A program made the translations under genes and the position numbers. Below, piece by piece: positions 1 to 9,572 of a DNA stretch of 64,000 bases. The stretch is from an uncultured Candidatus Saccharibacteria bacterium (GTDB lineage Bacteria > Patescibacteriota > Minisyncoccia > Phycocordibacterales > CAIZLB01): NCBI GenBank assembly GCA_964550955.1, contig CAZKAF010000001.1, positions 393,920 to 457,919 of the forward strand, read 5' to 3'. The first letter of the stretch is position 1. Each line of letters opens with the position of its first letter. The notes under the pieces were generated by a model. It was not told the origin of the DNA and did no database searches. It saw only the letters and a list, made by a program, of their open reading frames with translations.

Positions 1-2
1 CC

Positions 3-539
3 GAAGAAGCGGCAAAGGCGGCTATCAGCTCCCCTCTCATCGACATTTCAATACACGGCGCGAAAGGCGTGCTCTTCTCCATCGCCGCAGGCGACGATCT
101 CACCATGTGGGAAATCCAGGAGGCAGCCAAGATCATTACGGATTCCGTCGATCCGAACGCCAAGATCATCTTCGGCACGGTAAAGGACGAGAAGCTCAAG
201 AAGAACGAGATCAAGATCACGGTCATTGCCGCGAACTTCCCCGACTCCCCTGTCACGCGGCGGGCGTTCTCGCTTTCTCCTGAACCGGCGCGAGGCGAGA
301 TAGAAGCTCCGGAACCGAGGCGAGGCATCTTCAACTCATTCGGCGGCGGCAACTCCGCTCCTCAGCAGCAGGCGCCGCAGCAGAGCATCCAGCAGCCCGC
401 TCCCCAGCCGCCTCAGCAAGCGCAGCAAGCTCCGGCCGAGCCGAAAAGGCAGGAGCCTCCGACTCCCATCCAGACGACAGAAGACGATGACGAATGGGGC
501 GCAGTTCCGGCATTTCTCCGAAGGAACAAGCTAAAATAG
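3..539 (+). CDS. ftsZ: Cell division protein FtsZ, C-terminal part (5' end lies outside the window)
   Basis: Frame 3 reads from the window edge as EEAAKAAISSPLIDISIHGAKGVLFSIAAGDDLTMWEIQEAAKIITDSVDPNAKIIFGTV..KITVIAANF (FtsZ C-terminal GTPase-domain motifs). A Q/P-rich linker follows, then the conserved C-terminal peptide DDDEWGAVPAFLRRNK. Confidence 0.8.
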   Translation, partial: EEAAKAAISSPLIDISIHGAKGVLFSIAAGDDLTMWEIQEAAKIITDSVDPNAKIIFGTVKDEKLKKNEIKITVIAANFPDSPVTRRAFSLSPEPARGEIEAPEPRRGIFNSFGGGNSAPQQQAPQQSIQQPAPQPPQQAQQAPAEPKRQEPPTPIQTTEDDDEWGAVPAFLRRNKLK

Positions 540-557
540 TCACAATTCTCATGAAAA

Positions 558-590
558 AACCGCATCACGAAAAATGCGGTTTTTGCTTTG
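558..590 (+). terminator. Rho-independent terminator after ftsZ
   Basis: Hairpin ccgcat(560-565)/atgcgg(575-580) followed by a TTTT run at 581-584. Confidence 0.6.
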
Positions 591-622
591 GCATTTTAAT
601 CGAAGTGCAGTAAAATCTACGC

Positions 623-1618
623 ATGAATACAATTTACGATCTCATCATCATCGGCGGCGGCCCGGCAGGAGTCGGAGCCGGAGTATACGCCTCGCGAAAG
701 CAGCTCAGGACGCTTTTCCTTACGGTAGATTTTCACGGCCAAAGCTCGGTTTCGGAAGGCATTGAAAACTGGATAGGCACGGTCAAGATCAGCGGAGAAG
801 ACCTGTCAAAAAGCCTCGAGAATCACCTCAAGGCATATGCCGGCGAGTTCGTGGATATCAAGACCGGAGCATGGGTAAGCAACGTGGAAAGCGTCGGAAC
901 GCCGGAAGCGCCATTGTTCAGGATCAGCGTGAAGTCGGGATCAAGCGGCCAGCTCGGACAAGCCGCGAACGTGGACGAATCAGGCGCCATGCAGACCTTC
1001 GAAGCCAAGTCAGTCCTCGTCACGACGGGAAGCACCCGAAGAAGGCTGCCGGCTATCGGCGCGGACATCTACGAGCACAAGGGCGTAACGTACTGCGCCA
1101 CATGCGACGGGCCGATCTTTAGCGGACAAGACGTTGCGGTCATAGGCGGAGGAAATGCGGCTTTCGAAAGCGCGGCGCAGCTGGCGGCGTACTGCAAGTC
1201 CGTAACCATCGTCAACAGAAGGGACGTGTTCCGAGCCGACCCGGTGACCGTAGCCAAAGTTTCAGCAAAGGAAAACGTGAAGCTTCTCACGAACGTCGAG
1301 GTCGTCGAAGTCAAAGGCGCGAAGTTCGCAAACGCCCTTGCATACAAGGAAAATGGATCGGAAGAAATCAAGGAATTGCCGGTAACCGGCATCTTTGTCG
1401 AGATAGGATTGATTCCCAACACCTCTTTCCTGAAAGACGTCGTTGTTCTGGACGAGCACGGAAAAGTCATCGTCGATCCGAAGACGCAGCAGACAAGGAC
1501 TCCGGGCATTTGGGCCGCGGGAGACTGCACGGACGGCTTGTACCACCAAAACAACATCGCGGTCGGCGATGCGGTCAAGGCATTGGAAGATATTTACATA
1601 AATCTCGCGAAGCGATAA
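623..1618 (+). CDS. trxB: Thioredoxin-disulfide reductase-like FAD/NAD(P) oxidoreductase
   Basis: N-terminal DLIIIGGGPAGVGAGVY FAD-binding motif, redox-active CATCDG, second dinucleotide fold VAVIGGGNAAFESA, and C-terminal GIWAAGDC. Has an insertion relative to the canonical TrxR. Confidence 0.65.
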   Translation: MNTIYDLIIIGGGPAGVGAGVYASRKQLRTLFLTVDFHGQSSVSEGIENWIGTVKISGEDLSKSLENHLKAYAGEFVDIKTGAWVSNVESVGTPEAPLFRISVKSGSSGQLGQAANVDESGAMQTFEAKSVLVTTGSTRRRLPAIGADIYEHKGVTYCATCDGPIFSGQDVAVIGGGNAAFESAAQLAAYCKSVTIVNRRDVFRADPVTVAKVSAKENVKLLTNVEVVEVKGAKFANALAYKENGSEEIKELPVTGIFVEIGLIPNTSFLKDVVVLDEHGKVIVDPKTQQTRTPGIWAAGDCTDGLYHQNNIAVGDAVKALEDIYINLAKR

Positions 1619-1680
1619 AAAAGCAACAAGAAGCAGAGTTTTATGTTTTGCCCTTAGTACGGGCATGATATAGTGTAGGC

Positions 1681-2568
1681 ATGAACATAGACCAACTTCA
1701 ACGAATGAAAATCGGACAAGGCTTCATAGCCGCGCTCGACCAAAGCGGAGGCAGCACGCCGAAAGCTTTGGCCGCTTATGGCATTACCGAAAACAGCTAC
1801 GCCGGCGAAGCTGAGATGTACGACCTTGTGCACCAGATGCGCTCGCGCATCATCACGAGTCCGGCTTTTGACAGCAAATACATCTTAGGCACCATTCTCT
1901 TCAAGCAGACGATGCGAAGCCAGATAGACGGCCTCGATACCGGAGACTTCTTGTGGCAGAGAAAAGGCATAGTTCCTTTTCTTAAGATTGACGACGGGCT
2001 GGCCGAACAAGCGGACGGCGTGCAGCTCATGAAGCCGATGCCCGCGCTGGCAGAACTTCTCGATGAAGCGCGCAGCAAGAACATATTCGGCACGAAGATG
2101 CGATCGGTCATCAAGGAATGCGACAGGGATGGCATCGCCAAAGTAGTCGATCAGCAATTTGAAATAGCGCGACAGATTATCGCCGCCGGGCTCGTGCCCA
2201 TCGTTGAGCCGGAGGTGGATATCAACGCAGCAGACAAGGCAAAGATAGAAGAAGTCCTGCGCGACCTGCTGCTTGCGTCGCTCGACACGCTCAGCCCTGA
2301 TCAGCTCGTCATGCTGAAGCTCACGATTCCAAGCGAAGACGACTTCTACGCGCCCCTCATCAGCCATCCAAATGTCGTACGGGTTGTCGCTCTCTCCGGC
2401 GGATACAGCCGTGAAGAAGCGAACGAAAAGCTCGCGCGGAACCGCGGACTGATTGCGAGCTTCAGTCGCGCCCTCAGCGAAAACCTGAGCGCCAGCCAAA
2501 CCAGCGAAGAGTTTGACGCGAAGCTCCAAGAAACCGTAGAAGGAATCTACAGAGCGTCGATATCATAA
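1681..2568 (+). CDS. fda: Class I fructose-bisphosphate aldolase
   Basis: N-terminus [35 protein letters not shown] closely matches bacterial class I FBA (Staphylococcus FdaB type). An extended -10 TGATATAGT sits 6 nt upstream of the ATG. Confidence 0.8.
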   Translation: MNIDQLQRMKIGQGFIAALDQSGGSTPKALAAYGITENSYAGEAEMYDLVHQMRSRIITSPAFDSKYILGTILFKQTMRSQIDGLDTGDFLWQRKGIVPFLKIDDGLAEQADGVQLMKPMPALAELLDEARSKNIFGTKMRSVIKECDRDGIAKVVDQQFEIARQIIAAGLVPIVEPEVDINAADKAKIEEVLRDLLLASLDTLSPDQLVMLKLTIPSEDDFYAPLISHPNVVRVVALSGGYSREEANEKLARNRGLIASFSRALSENLSASQTSEEFDAKLQETVEGIYRASIS

Positions 2569-2590
2569 GAAATCTCTGATTAGCGCAATG

Positions 2591-2630
2591 AAGCCCTGCT
2601 TCGTTTCGAGGCAGGGCTTTTGCATTTCTC
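2591..2630 (+). terminator. Hairpin terminator between fda and the convergent antiporter gene
   Basis: aagccctgc/gcagggctt 9-bp stem, then a T-run. Confidence 0.6.
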
Positions 2631-2674
2631 AGGCGCCCGGCAAAAGAGGAATACCTCGCCCTCCTTCTTTTACT

Positions 2675-4042
2675 CTACTCCGCCACCTCAAGCTTCCGCG
2701 CCACCCATTGGGTAAGCGGAGGCTGTATTACGAGCGTAAGAATGATTACCCACATGCCGACGGATATGACCATGTTCGCGACGCCGTCATTCCCTATGAC
2801 CGAAAGGCCGCTGTATGCGACTTGGATAAGCAGGACGGCCGGAATCACGCCAGTTTCCCGAACCCATGACATGAACAGCAGCTCCTTGACCGTGAACTTG
2901 CTCTTGCCGAACAGGAAGCCGAGCGACGCGAAAACTGAAATCGGCCTGATGACGAATATGAAAACAAGCCCTGCCAAGATTCCGAACAGCGCGTAGTCCA
3001 AAAGAACCTTGACGTTCACTAGGGCTCCGAGAACGATGAAGACGCTCGGCTTCGCTATGCCCTCGATAAGCTGATTAAAGAAGGTCTCGGTCTTGTGAAC
3101 CCTCTCATTCAGCACGACCAAAAGCCCCGCGATGAAGCTGGCCAGATATCCGCTTCCTTCAAACAGCACCGCGAACGCGTAGGCCATGATGGGAATGGCG
3201 ATAAAGAAGCCGATGTCCGCATGACATTCGGCGCGCATGAGCCTTTGCCTGACGAAGAACCGTATCGCGTAGAACCCCATGACGCCGACTGAGGCGCCGA
3301 TAAAGATTTCCTTAAGGAGAAAATTCATTGATTCAACGGACAGCAACGCGCTGAATCCGCTCGAAAGCGAAGTGAATTCCCCTCCCCTCGTCAGGAATGT
3401 TATGAAAGCTACGGTTACGAGCGTTCCGACCACGTCAGTAAGCGCGCTTTCTGAAACCACGATGTCCTTGATTCGGTCTTTCTTGAACTTCAGATCCTTA
3501 AGCACCGGAATAATCGCTGCCGGATCGGTTGAAGCGAGTATGGCGCCCAAAAGGAGCGCCACTGAGATGCTCATGCCGAAGCCCGTCGCGACGCCAAGCG
3601 AGAACAGGCCTTGCGCGAACAGGAAGGTCGAAATGCCGAGACCGACAAACGAAAGGAGCAATGTCGGCAATACGATCTTGCGGAAGCTCGTAAACGATAT
3701 TTCGAGGCCTCCGCCAAACAAGATGTACACGGCTGAAATGGTAACGATCATGTTCAGTATGACCGAATTCTCGACTAACGGCTGCAGCAAATTATTCATG
3801 CTTATGCCGATGAACAGCGCGACGAGAAATGACGGAAAGATGGTGCCCCTTGAAAGCGAATGAGAAATTGTCCCTAACAAGAACATTCCGCCTACGAGAA
3901 AGAGCGGAATGACGGATGACAGTTCGTGCGAATGAGGAAGCGTTTCCGAAAACTGCACGAACAGCGCGTTAAAGACGGCAAAGCAGCCCACGCTCATGAT
4001 GAGCAGGAACAGGGGCGAATGATGCTTCAATTTTAAAAACAT
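2675..4042 (-). CDS. Cation:proton antiporter (CPA1/NhaP-type Na+/H+ exchanger)
   Basis: 455-aa polytopic membrane protein with the ILASTDPAAIIPVLKDL...SESALTDVVG motif typical of Na+/H+ exchanger family proteins. Confidence 0.65.
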   Translation of the reverse strand: MFLKLKHHSPLFLLIMSVGCFAVFNALFVQFSETLPHSHELSSVIPLFLVGGMFLLGTISHSLSRGTIFPSFLVALFIGISMNNLLQPLVENSVILNMIVTISAVYILFGGGLEISFTSFRKIVLPTLLLSFVGLGISTFLFAQGLFSLGVATGFGMSISVALLLGAILASTDPAAIIPVLKDLKFKKDRIKDIVVSESALTDVVGTLVTVAFITFLTRGGEFTSLSSGFSALLSVESMNFLLKEIFIGASVGVMGFYAIRFFVRQRLMRAECHADIGFFIAIPIMAYAFAVLFEGSGYLASFIAGLLVVLNERVHKTETFFNQLIEGIAKPSVFIVLGALVNVKVLLDYALFGILAGLVFIFVIRPISVFASLGFLFGKSKFTVKELLFMSWVRETGVIPAVLLIQVAYSGLSVIGNDGVANMVISVGMWVIILTLVIQPPLTQWVARKLEVAE

Positions 4043-4270
4043 GGAGCTTGATTAGTCTTGATAATGCCTGGCTGCCATGTGACGAACGTATCAAGTATGA
4101 AATGGATTCCCGCTTCCGGATTCGCTCCATTTGAACATGCCGACATACGGCCATCACACGAAAAAGTCAAAAAACCACGGAGTGCGCGCGGCTTTGTACC
4201 TTACTGAAGGCTAATCTGCATTAGTCGCATTCAGTACCAAGTCGTGGAGGCGAAGTTTTTCGGCTTCTTG

Positions 4271-4343
4271 TGGGCGATACAGGACTCGAACCTGTGGCAT
4301 CAACAACGTCAATGTTGCGCTCTACCAACTGAGCTAATCGCCC
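4271..4343 (-). tRNA. tRNA-Val (anticodon GAC)
   Basis: Reverse complement folds as a 73-nt cloverleaf: acceptor GGGCGAT/ATCGCCC, D-arm GCTC-AGTTGGTA-GAGC, anticodon stem CAACA/TGTTG with loop TTGACGT, T-arm ACAGG-TTCGAGT-CCTGT, discriminator A. CCA is not encoded. Confidence 0.85.
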
Positions 4344-4570
4344 GCATTAATTGTTTCCTGAGCATCCGTCCATCCAGGAAAGAATGAACGATTTATTAAA
4401 TCTACCAGACTTTCGGCGCTTTATCAACAGCATTTGCACATGCTTGCCCATGTCCCCGCCCTGATGCGGCCCATGGCCCGGAACCCTTAATATGCGCAAT
4501 GAAATGGCGCATGACGCCATGGGCACGGCTTTGCCTTTTCTGAACAAAAGTGTTATATTGCTCCCTACAT

Positions 4571-4642
4571 GGCCCTATCGTCTATCGGTTAGGACGAAAG
4601 CTTTTCAAGCTTTAAAGCCGGGTTCGACTCCCGGTAGGGTCA
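4571..4642 (+). tRNA. tRNA-Glu (anticodon TTC)
   Basis: 72-nt cloverleaf: acceptor GGCCCTA/TAGGGTC, anticodon stem AAAGC/GCTTT with loop TTTTCAA, T-arm CCGGG-TTCGACT-CCCGG. An extended -10 TGTTATATT lies 11 nt upstream. Confidence 0.85.
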
Positions 4643-4652
4643 CAAAACCGAA

Positions 4653-4690
4653 ACAGCTTCGCATTTCTTTGCGGAGCTGTTTTGCGTTTC
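4653..4690 (+). terminator. Terminator hairpin downstream of tRNA-Glu
   Basis: 10-bp stem acagcttcgc/gcggagctgt (one G-U pair), then TTTGCGTTT. Confidence 0.55.
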
Positions 4691-5381
4691 TAGTGGAACT
4701 AAGCAAGCCAACTGCTTGGCTTGCGTCCGGGAGTCGAAAGGGTTCTCCGTTATTTTCAAGAAATGAGCAGAGCGAATTTTGAGAAAATCGGAAACCCGTA
4801 CTGGTCCTGTAAGGACCGACGAGCGGAAGGATCACAATTCGCAACAAAACGGTTTTCAAAGGCCTCAAATCCGATTGTTTTTCACATTTTCAACCATTCA
4901 ACAAAAAAAGAGGAAGAGCCCGAGACGACATTGCGTCCCGGGCTCAAAAGGAAGAAGAAAAGACCTACCACGATGTCACATTTCTTGGTTGCCCAAGAGG
5001 ACGGCCTGCCGAACATTTAAGTCCGGCAGGAATCACTCCACGTTACATGAGGATACGCCTCATGGCTGCAAAGCTATAATCATTGAGAGCTTCGGTCTCG
5101 GTCGAGAAGGTTTTCCTTCCACCGTAGTCAGCGGCTTCTGCCACCTTAGCTACAAATCTGCGTTTGGATACGCTCTCGTCGTTCGACAGCTTGCGCCGCC
5201 TCGGCTTTCGGTCAAAACGAACTTCCTAGCCATAAGAATACGCCTATTAATATTTTTTGCAACCTTCGTTCACAAACCACCCAATGAACGCCATGCTTTT
5301 GAAAGAAAATATCGCTCCCGCAATCATCCGTCAGGAACAAAAACGGCTTTGCCATGCGTATATTTTGATATAATAGATATT

Positions 5382-6167
5382 ATGCCAATCCTCACATACG
5401 AACAGTATGCAGCAATCAAGCACAGGACTCCCTATGCCCTATCGCTGAAATCAGGCCCGAATTTTCTGTATTACTTTGGCGAACAGCACTCGTTCAAACC
5501 CGCGGATATGCAATGGGTTGCACTCAAGGAGTTTTGGAATGAATTTCTCGAAAAAACAAAAGGTCAAAAAAGAATAGTATTTACAGAAGGCGGAATGCGT
5601 CCCGTTGAACAAAATAAGGGACAGGCAATCCTTAAGCACGGCGGCATGGGCTTGGTCACGCATCTTGCGCACCAGGAAAACATAAAAATGCACTCGCCGG
5701 AGCCCGATGAAGCACACGAACGATCAGAACTTGAAAAGAGTTTCTCGAGGGATGTTATCCAATATTACTATTTTGCCCGAGTCGTTTTGCAATGGGGAAG
5801 AAAAACTGACCCTAAGCCTGATTTTGTAAAATACATCACTCGGTATCTGCAGAGTGATGAAAAAAGAAGCGGCTGGATTGGATACGATTTCTCGCTTGAG
5901 GCAATGAAGGAAATCCATTCGGAACTATTCCAAATTCCTTTTGATGAGAACGATATTGATTTCTTCTATGATACCTCAAATCCTGTCGTAATTAAATCCG
6001 AAATCAACAAAGTTTCCGCCGCCTCAAGCATGATACGAGATGAATATATTGTAAGCGAGATACAGAAATACATGAACGAAGGATATTCCATCTTTGCAGA
6101 ATACGGATGCAGTCACGTGGTGATGCAGGAGCCCGTCTTGAGGGAATTATTTGAATCTGAGGCGTAG
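5382..6167 (+). CDS. Hypothetical protein (orphan, AT-rich gene)
   Basis: The ORF track extends to 4779, but the upstream part is low-complexity read-through. Likely start MPILTYEQYAAIKHRTPY is preceded by TTGATATAATAGATATT-ATG (-10 TATAAT). No recognisable domain. Markedly lower GC than its neighbours. Confidence 0.4.
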   Translation: MPILTYEQYAAIKHRTPYALSLKSGPNFLYYFGEQHSFKPADMQWVALKEFWNEFLEKTKGQKRIVFTEGGMRPVEQNKGQAILKHGGMGLVTHLAHQENIKMHSPEPDEAHERSELEKSFSRDVIQYYYFARVVLQWGRKTDPKPDFVKYITRYLQSDEKRSGWIGYDFSLEAMKEIHSELFQIPFDENDIDFFYDTSNPVVIKSEINKVSAASSMIRDEYIVSEIQKYMNEGYSIFAEYGCSHVVMQEPVLRELFESEA

Positions 6168-6171
6168 TTTA

Positions 6172-6215
6172 TATTAAAAAGGCCTGGCAGTTCCGAAAAC
6201 TGCCAGGCCTTCCCT
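6172..6215. terminator. Bidirectional terminator between the orphan gene and pheA
   Basis: Perfect 12-bp stem ggcctggcagtt/aactgccaggcc (6181-6209), A-run before, T-rich after. Confidence 0.65.
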
Positions 6216-6238
6216 GTCACCGCCGGCCCTCCGACGGC

Positions 6239-6835
6239 TCATGACCCCGACTCAAGAAGAACGAACGTGGTCTTGTTGTCCGGATCGTCCTGAATTCCTT
6301 CAAGCAAGACCTTGAGGTCATAGCCCTCGGCAGCTTCCCTCGTGGAAATTGCCGCCGTGCCCGTGCCCGCGACGCCGAGGCCGGAGAGGAATTTTGCCGC
6401 TTCTCCGGTTGAGCCCCGTTTCAGATGATTCATCGGCAAGACCCCGATTCCCCCCAGGAAAACTGAGCACTGCTCAAACGCTTTCTCATGCGACAGTATG
6501 AACTTGACCTCGGTCGCGCATTGGACGAACGCGGGAACCAGAAGGCAATGCTCCACCGGGAGCTCGAGTCTTCCTTTTTCAGTAATTACCATTCCCCGCT
6601 TGCGCAGGCCGGAGAGAGCGTGAGTGACCTCCGCTATTTCCCCGACAGTCGAATTGAAGATCGGCACGACGGCCAATCCGTTCCCGGCAAGCTCCCGAAC
6701 AAGGAGCTCGTGCGTGTCGCGGAACGCGAATTCGAAATCAACGCCCTCGGTCCAGCCCCGCTCCTTGGCAAAAATTGCGGCAGCGCGGTGGCCATTGGTG
6801 AACTCTCCCAAGACAAGCAGATCTTTCTTTTTCAT
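6239..6835 (-). CDS. pheA: Prephenate dehydratase (catalytic PDT domain only, no ACT domain)
   Basis: LLVLGEFTNGHRAAA..., AVVPIFNSTVGEI, ILSHEKAFEQC and TAAISTREAAEGYDLKVL..NKTTFVLL follow the PDT domain consensus. 198 aa. Confidence 0.65.
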   Translation of the reverse strand: MKKKDLLVLGEFTNGHRAAAIFAKERGWTEGVDFEFAFRDTHELLVRELAGNGLAVVPIFNSTVGEIAEVTHALSGLRKRGMVITEKGRLELPVEHCLLVPAFVQCATEVKFILSHEKAFEQCSVFLGGIGVLPMNHLKRGSTGEAAKFLSGLGVAGTGTAAISTREAAEGYDLKVLLEGIQDDPDNKTTFVLLESGS

Positions 6836-6984
6836 GATGACGCAGAAATCCCTCCGGTTCGTTTGTTAGTTTGAAGTACGATGATTGAAAACCCGTTGAA
6901 AAAATACCATGACGGAAGCCTTAAGTCCATGCCGGACGCCTGTCGCCCGCGCGCCTGGACGATGGGCAGTTTCGGCCCGATTTG

Positions 6985-7013
6985 TTCACAAACCACCCCT
7001 AATCTGCTAGACT
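6985..7013 (+). promoter_or_regulatory. Sigma70-like promoter of nrnA (TTCACA-N17-TAGACT with upstream TG)
   Basis: TTCACA at 6985-6990, 17-nt spacer, TGC-TAGACT at 7005-7013, ATG 9 nt downstream. No Shine-Dalgarno. Confidence 0.5.
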
Positions 7014-7022
7014 CAACATGCA

Positions 7023-8057
7023 ATGAATTATTCTAAAATCAACGATGAGTCCGAGGCTCGAATCTGGAACCTGATTGCCGAGTCGGAGCGCATTTTCATA
7101 ACATCCCACAGGTCTCCGGACGGCGATTCCATAGCATCGACGCTCGGGCTCTATGCCGGAATCAAGAAGCGGCACCCCGAAAAGAGCGTGAGAATCGCTT
7201 ACTCAAATGAGCCTGTTCCGTTTTTCTCGCAATTCGAGAACTATGACAAGATCGAGTTCGTGGAAGAATGCGCGGCTGAAGCCGGCGATGCGGACCTCCT
7301 CGTCCTGCTTGATGCCGGGCAATGGAGCAGGGCAAGCAAAAGCCCCGAAAGCTTCCCTTCCGACAGGCGCACGCTATGCATAGACCACCACGTGTCAGCT
7401 CCTGACAAATTCACCCTCAGCCTCATCGACACCGACTCGCCAAGCTGCGCGCAGCTTGTATACAAGCTCATCGGACCGGAGAATGTCGACGAATCGCTGG
7501 CCAAGACATTCCTCGCGGGCATCCTTGGAGATACCGGATATCTTTCGTTTGTTCGGCCCCATCAAGGCGAGACGTTCCAGATCGTGCAGAGACTTCTGGA
7601 AATCTGCCAGCTGAGCATCGATCAATTCAGGTCTCGATTCGACGGCATGTCCAAGGACGAATTCGAAATCTTGCAGGAATACATACGAAACACGAAGTTT
7701 GAGGAAATTTCCGGATACGCGCCCTTTACATGGAGCTGCATAACTCGCGAGTATGCCGAAAAGCGAGGCTTCTCCGAATCCGAAATTACCGCGGCAAAAA
7801 ATATTTATACGGCAATGTTCATGAAAAGCATAAAAAATTACGATTGGGGCCTTACCGTCAGCCCCAGGAAGGACGGTTCCGCAAGCGTCTCGTTCCGCTC
7901 GGTCGCTCTGGGCGAAAATGTCAGGAAAATAGCCGAAGCCTTGGGAGGCGGCGGGCATGACGCCGCGGCAGGCGCCGGCCTTGCCGATATCCGCGACATG
8001 GACAAGGCATTCGAAATTGTCGTCGAGAAAATGAAGGAGCTCAAGGCGACAAGCTAG
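7023..8057 (+). CDS. nrnA: DHH/DHHA1 phosphoesterase NrnA (oligoribonuclease/pAp phosphatase)
   Basis: SHRSPDGDSIAS, the DHH motif CIDHH, and the DHHA1 GGGGH motif near the C-terminus. Confidence 0.75.
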   Translation: MNYSKINDESEARIWNLIAESERIFITSHRSPDGDSIASTLGLYAGIKKRHPEKSVRIAYSNEPVPFFSQFENYDKIEFVEECAAEAGDADLLVLLDAGQWSRASKSPESFPSDRRTLCIDHHVSAPDKFTLSLIDTDSPSCAQLVYKLIGPENVDESLAKTFLAGILGDTGYLSFVRPHQGETFQIVQRLLEICQLSIDQFRSRFDGMSKDEFEILQEYIRNTKFEEISGYAPFTWSCITREYAEKRGFSESEITAAKNIYTAMFMKSIKNYDWGLTVSPRKDGSASVSFRSVALGENVRKIAEALGGGGHDAAAGAGLADIRDMDKAFEIVVEKMKELKATS

Positions 8058-8097
8058 AAGGGCCCGGACAGGCAGGCTCAGCCAAGCGCATTCAAAC

Positions 8098-9477
8098 ATG
8101 ATCATCCTTTCCATAGAAACAAGCTGCGACGAGACGGCAATTTCCCTGCTCGAAGCAACCGGCGCCGAAGATTCTCCGGCATTTTCCGTTTTGGGAAATG
8201 CCCTTCACTCGCAAATCGACACCCACGCAGAATACGGGGGCGTTTTCCCCATGCTCGCCAAGCGCGAGCATGCCAAGAACCTCGTGCCCCTTCTCGGCTC
8301 CGCTATTTCGCAGGCAATGAGCGGCGGAAAAATCAAGACGTCCCTGAAGAAACTGGATGCTGAAAAGGAAGATCTGATCAGGACGCTCCTTGTTCGGGAA
8401 AATGACCTCGGAGAACAGCTGGTGAATTTCATGAAGGAAAGCAAGATGCCTGAAATCGATTTCATCGCGGTAACATCAGGACCAGGACTCGAACCCGCGT
8501 TATGGGTCGGCATCTCATTCGCAAAGGCCCTCGCAATTGCCTTGGACAAGCCGATCGTTCCCGTAAATCACATGGAAGGCCACATCGTCTCCGTCCTGCT
8601 GTCAGGAAGCGGCGAAGAAAAGGCTGCCGCTGACGAATCCGACGGATTCGCTGCACAGGTCTCATTGAAGTCCCGCGTGTCATTTCCTGCCCTGGCGCTT
8701 CTCATATCCGGAGGCCATACGGAACTCGTGCTCGCCCAATCATGGGATTCATGCAAGACCGTGGGTCAAACGGTGGACGACGCCATCGGAGAAGCGTTCG
8801 ACAAGGTCGCGCGCCTTCTGAACCTTCCGTACCCCGGCGGCCCGAAGATTTCAAAACTTGCTGACGAAAGCCGAAAGGCAGGACTGGCAAAAAAACATGC
8901 GGACGAAGGCGGCTCTCCGGCGTGGACCCTTCCTCGACCGATGATTCATTCGAAAGATTTGAATTTTTCATTTTCCGGCATCAAGACGGCCGTGCTTTAT
9001 GCAGTGAAGAAGAAGCTGGCGGAAAGAACCGAGCTCGCTGATACGGACGCGCCGCCAGAACTCGCGGAAGACGAGAAAAAGATGCTTGCCGAAGAATTTG
9101 AAAACGCAGTGACCGAGGTCCTGATTTCAAAGACAAGACGGGCGCTCAAGGAAACAGGCGCGAAATCGCTCATTATCGGAGGAGGCGTAATCGCCAACTC
9201 ATATATACGCTCTGAATTTGAAAAAATGATTAAAAATGAATTTGGGCCACAGGACAAATTCGAACCAAAGAGCGAATTCCTGACGGGAGAAAGTCCCGTG
9301 ACGCTTTTCACTCCTTCGCTTGACCTTTCGACGGACAACTCGGTCATGATAGGCATGGCGGGATATTTGCGCATAATTTCTGCCCAGAAAAGCGGCACCG
9401 AGAACGAAGTATTGTTTGACCCTTCTGAAACCGCTCGACTGGCAGAACTGAGGGCCGACGGAAACATGAGTTTTTAG
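8098..9477 (+). CDS. tsaD: tRNA N6-adenosine threonylcarbamoyltransferase TsaD (Kae1/YgjD family), with insertions
   Basis: MIILSIETSCDETAISLL N-terminus, HMEGH, and GGGVIANSYIR. 459 aa versus about 340 typical, with K/E-rich insertions. Confidence 0.8.
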   Translation: MIILSIETSCDETAISLLEATGAEDSPAFSVLGNALHSQIDTHAEYGGVFPMLAKREHAKNLVPLLGSAISQAMSGGKIKTSLKKLDAEKEDLIRTLLVRENDLGEQLVNFMKESKMPEIDFIAVTSGPGLEPALWVGISFAKALAIALDKPIVPVNHMEGHIVSVLLSGSGEEKAAADESDGFAAQVSLKSRVSFPALALLISGGHTELVLAQSWDSCKTVGQTVDDAIGEAFDKVARLLNLPYPGGPKISKLADESRKAGLAKKHADEGGSPAWTLPRPMIHSKDLNFSFSGIKTAVLYAVKKKLAERTELADTDAPPELAEDEKKMLAEEFENAVTEVLISKTRRALKETGAKSLIIGGGVIANSYIRSEFEKMIKNEFGPQDKFEPKSEFLTGESPVTLFTPSLDLSTDNSVMIGMAGYLRIISAQKSGTENEVLFDPSETARLAELRADGNMSF

Positions 9478-9572
9478 AAAAGATTCGGCTGAAATTCATG
9501 TCGTCCGGCCAGGATTCGCCTTATGGCGCAGCCCTTATCTAAAGCCCCGTTTTCTGCTAGACTGTCTGAATC

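Noticed and set aside
5040-5215. Possible tmRNA (ssrA) on the minus strand. One frame reads ...ALNDYSFAA, resembling an ANDENYALAA-type proteolysis tag.
   Set aside because: The frame does not stop after AA; it continues MRRILM before TAA. I could not find the tRNA-like acceptor/T-arm pairing (GGGG...TTCGAATCC...CCACCA) at the required positions. Likely coincidence. An Infernal tmRNA model scan would settle it.
4779-5381. ORF-track extension of the 5382-6167 gene back to 4779, which would make a 462-aa protein.
   Set aside because: The upstream 200 codons are Arg/Lys/Pro-rich low-complexity sequence with no hydrophobic core. They run through the tRNA-Glu terminator and precede a clean TATAAT-ATG start context at 5382.
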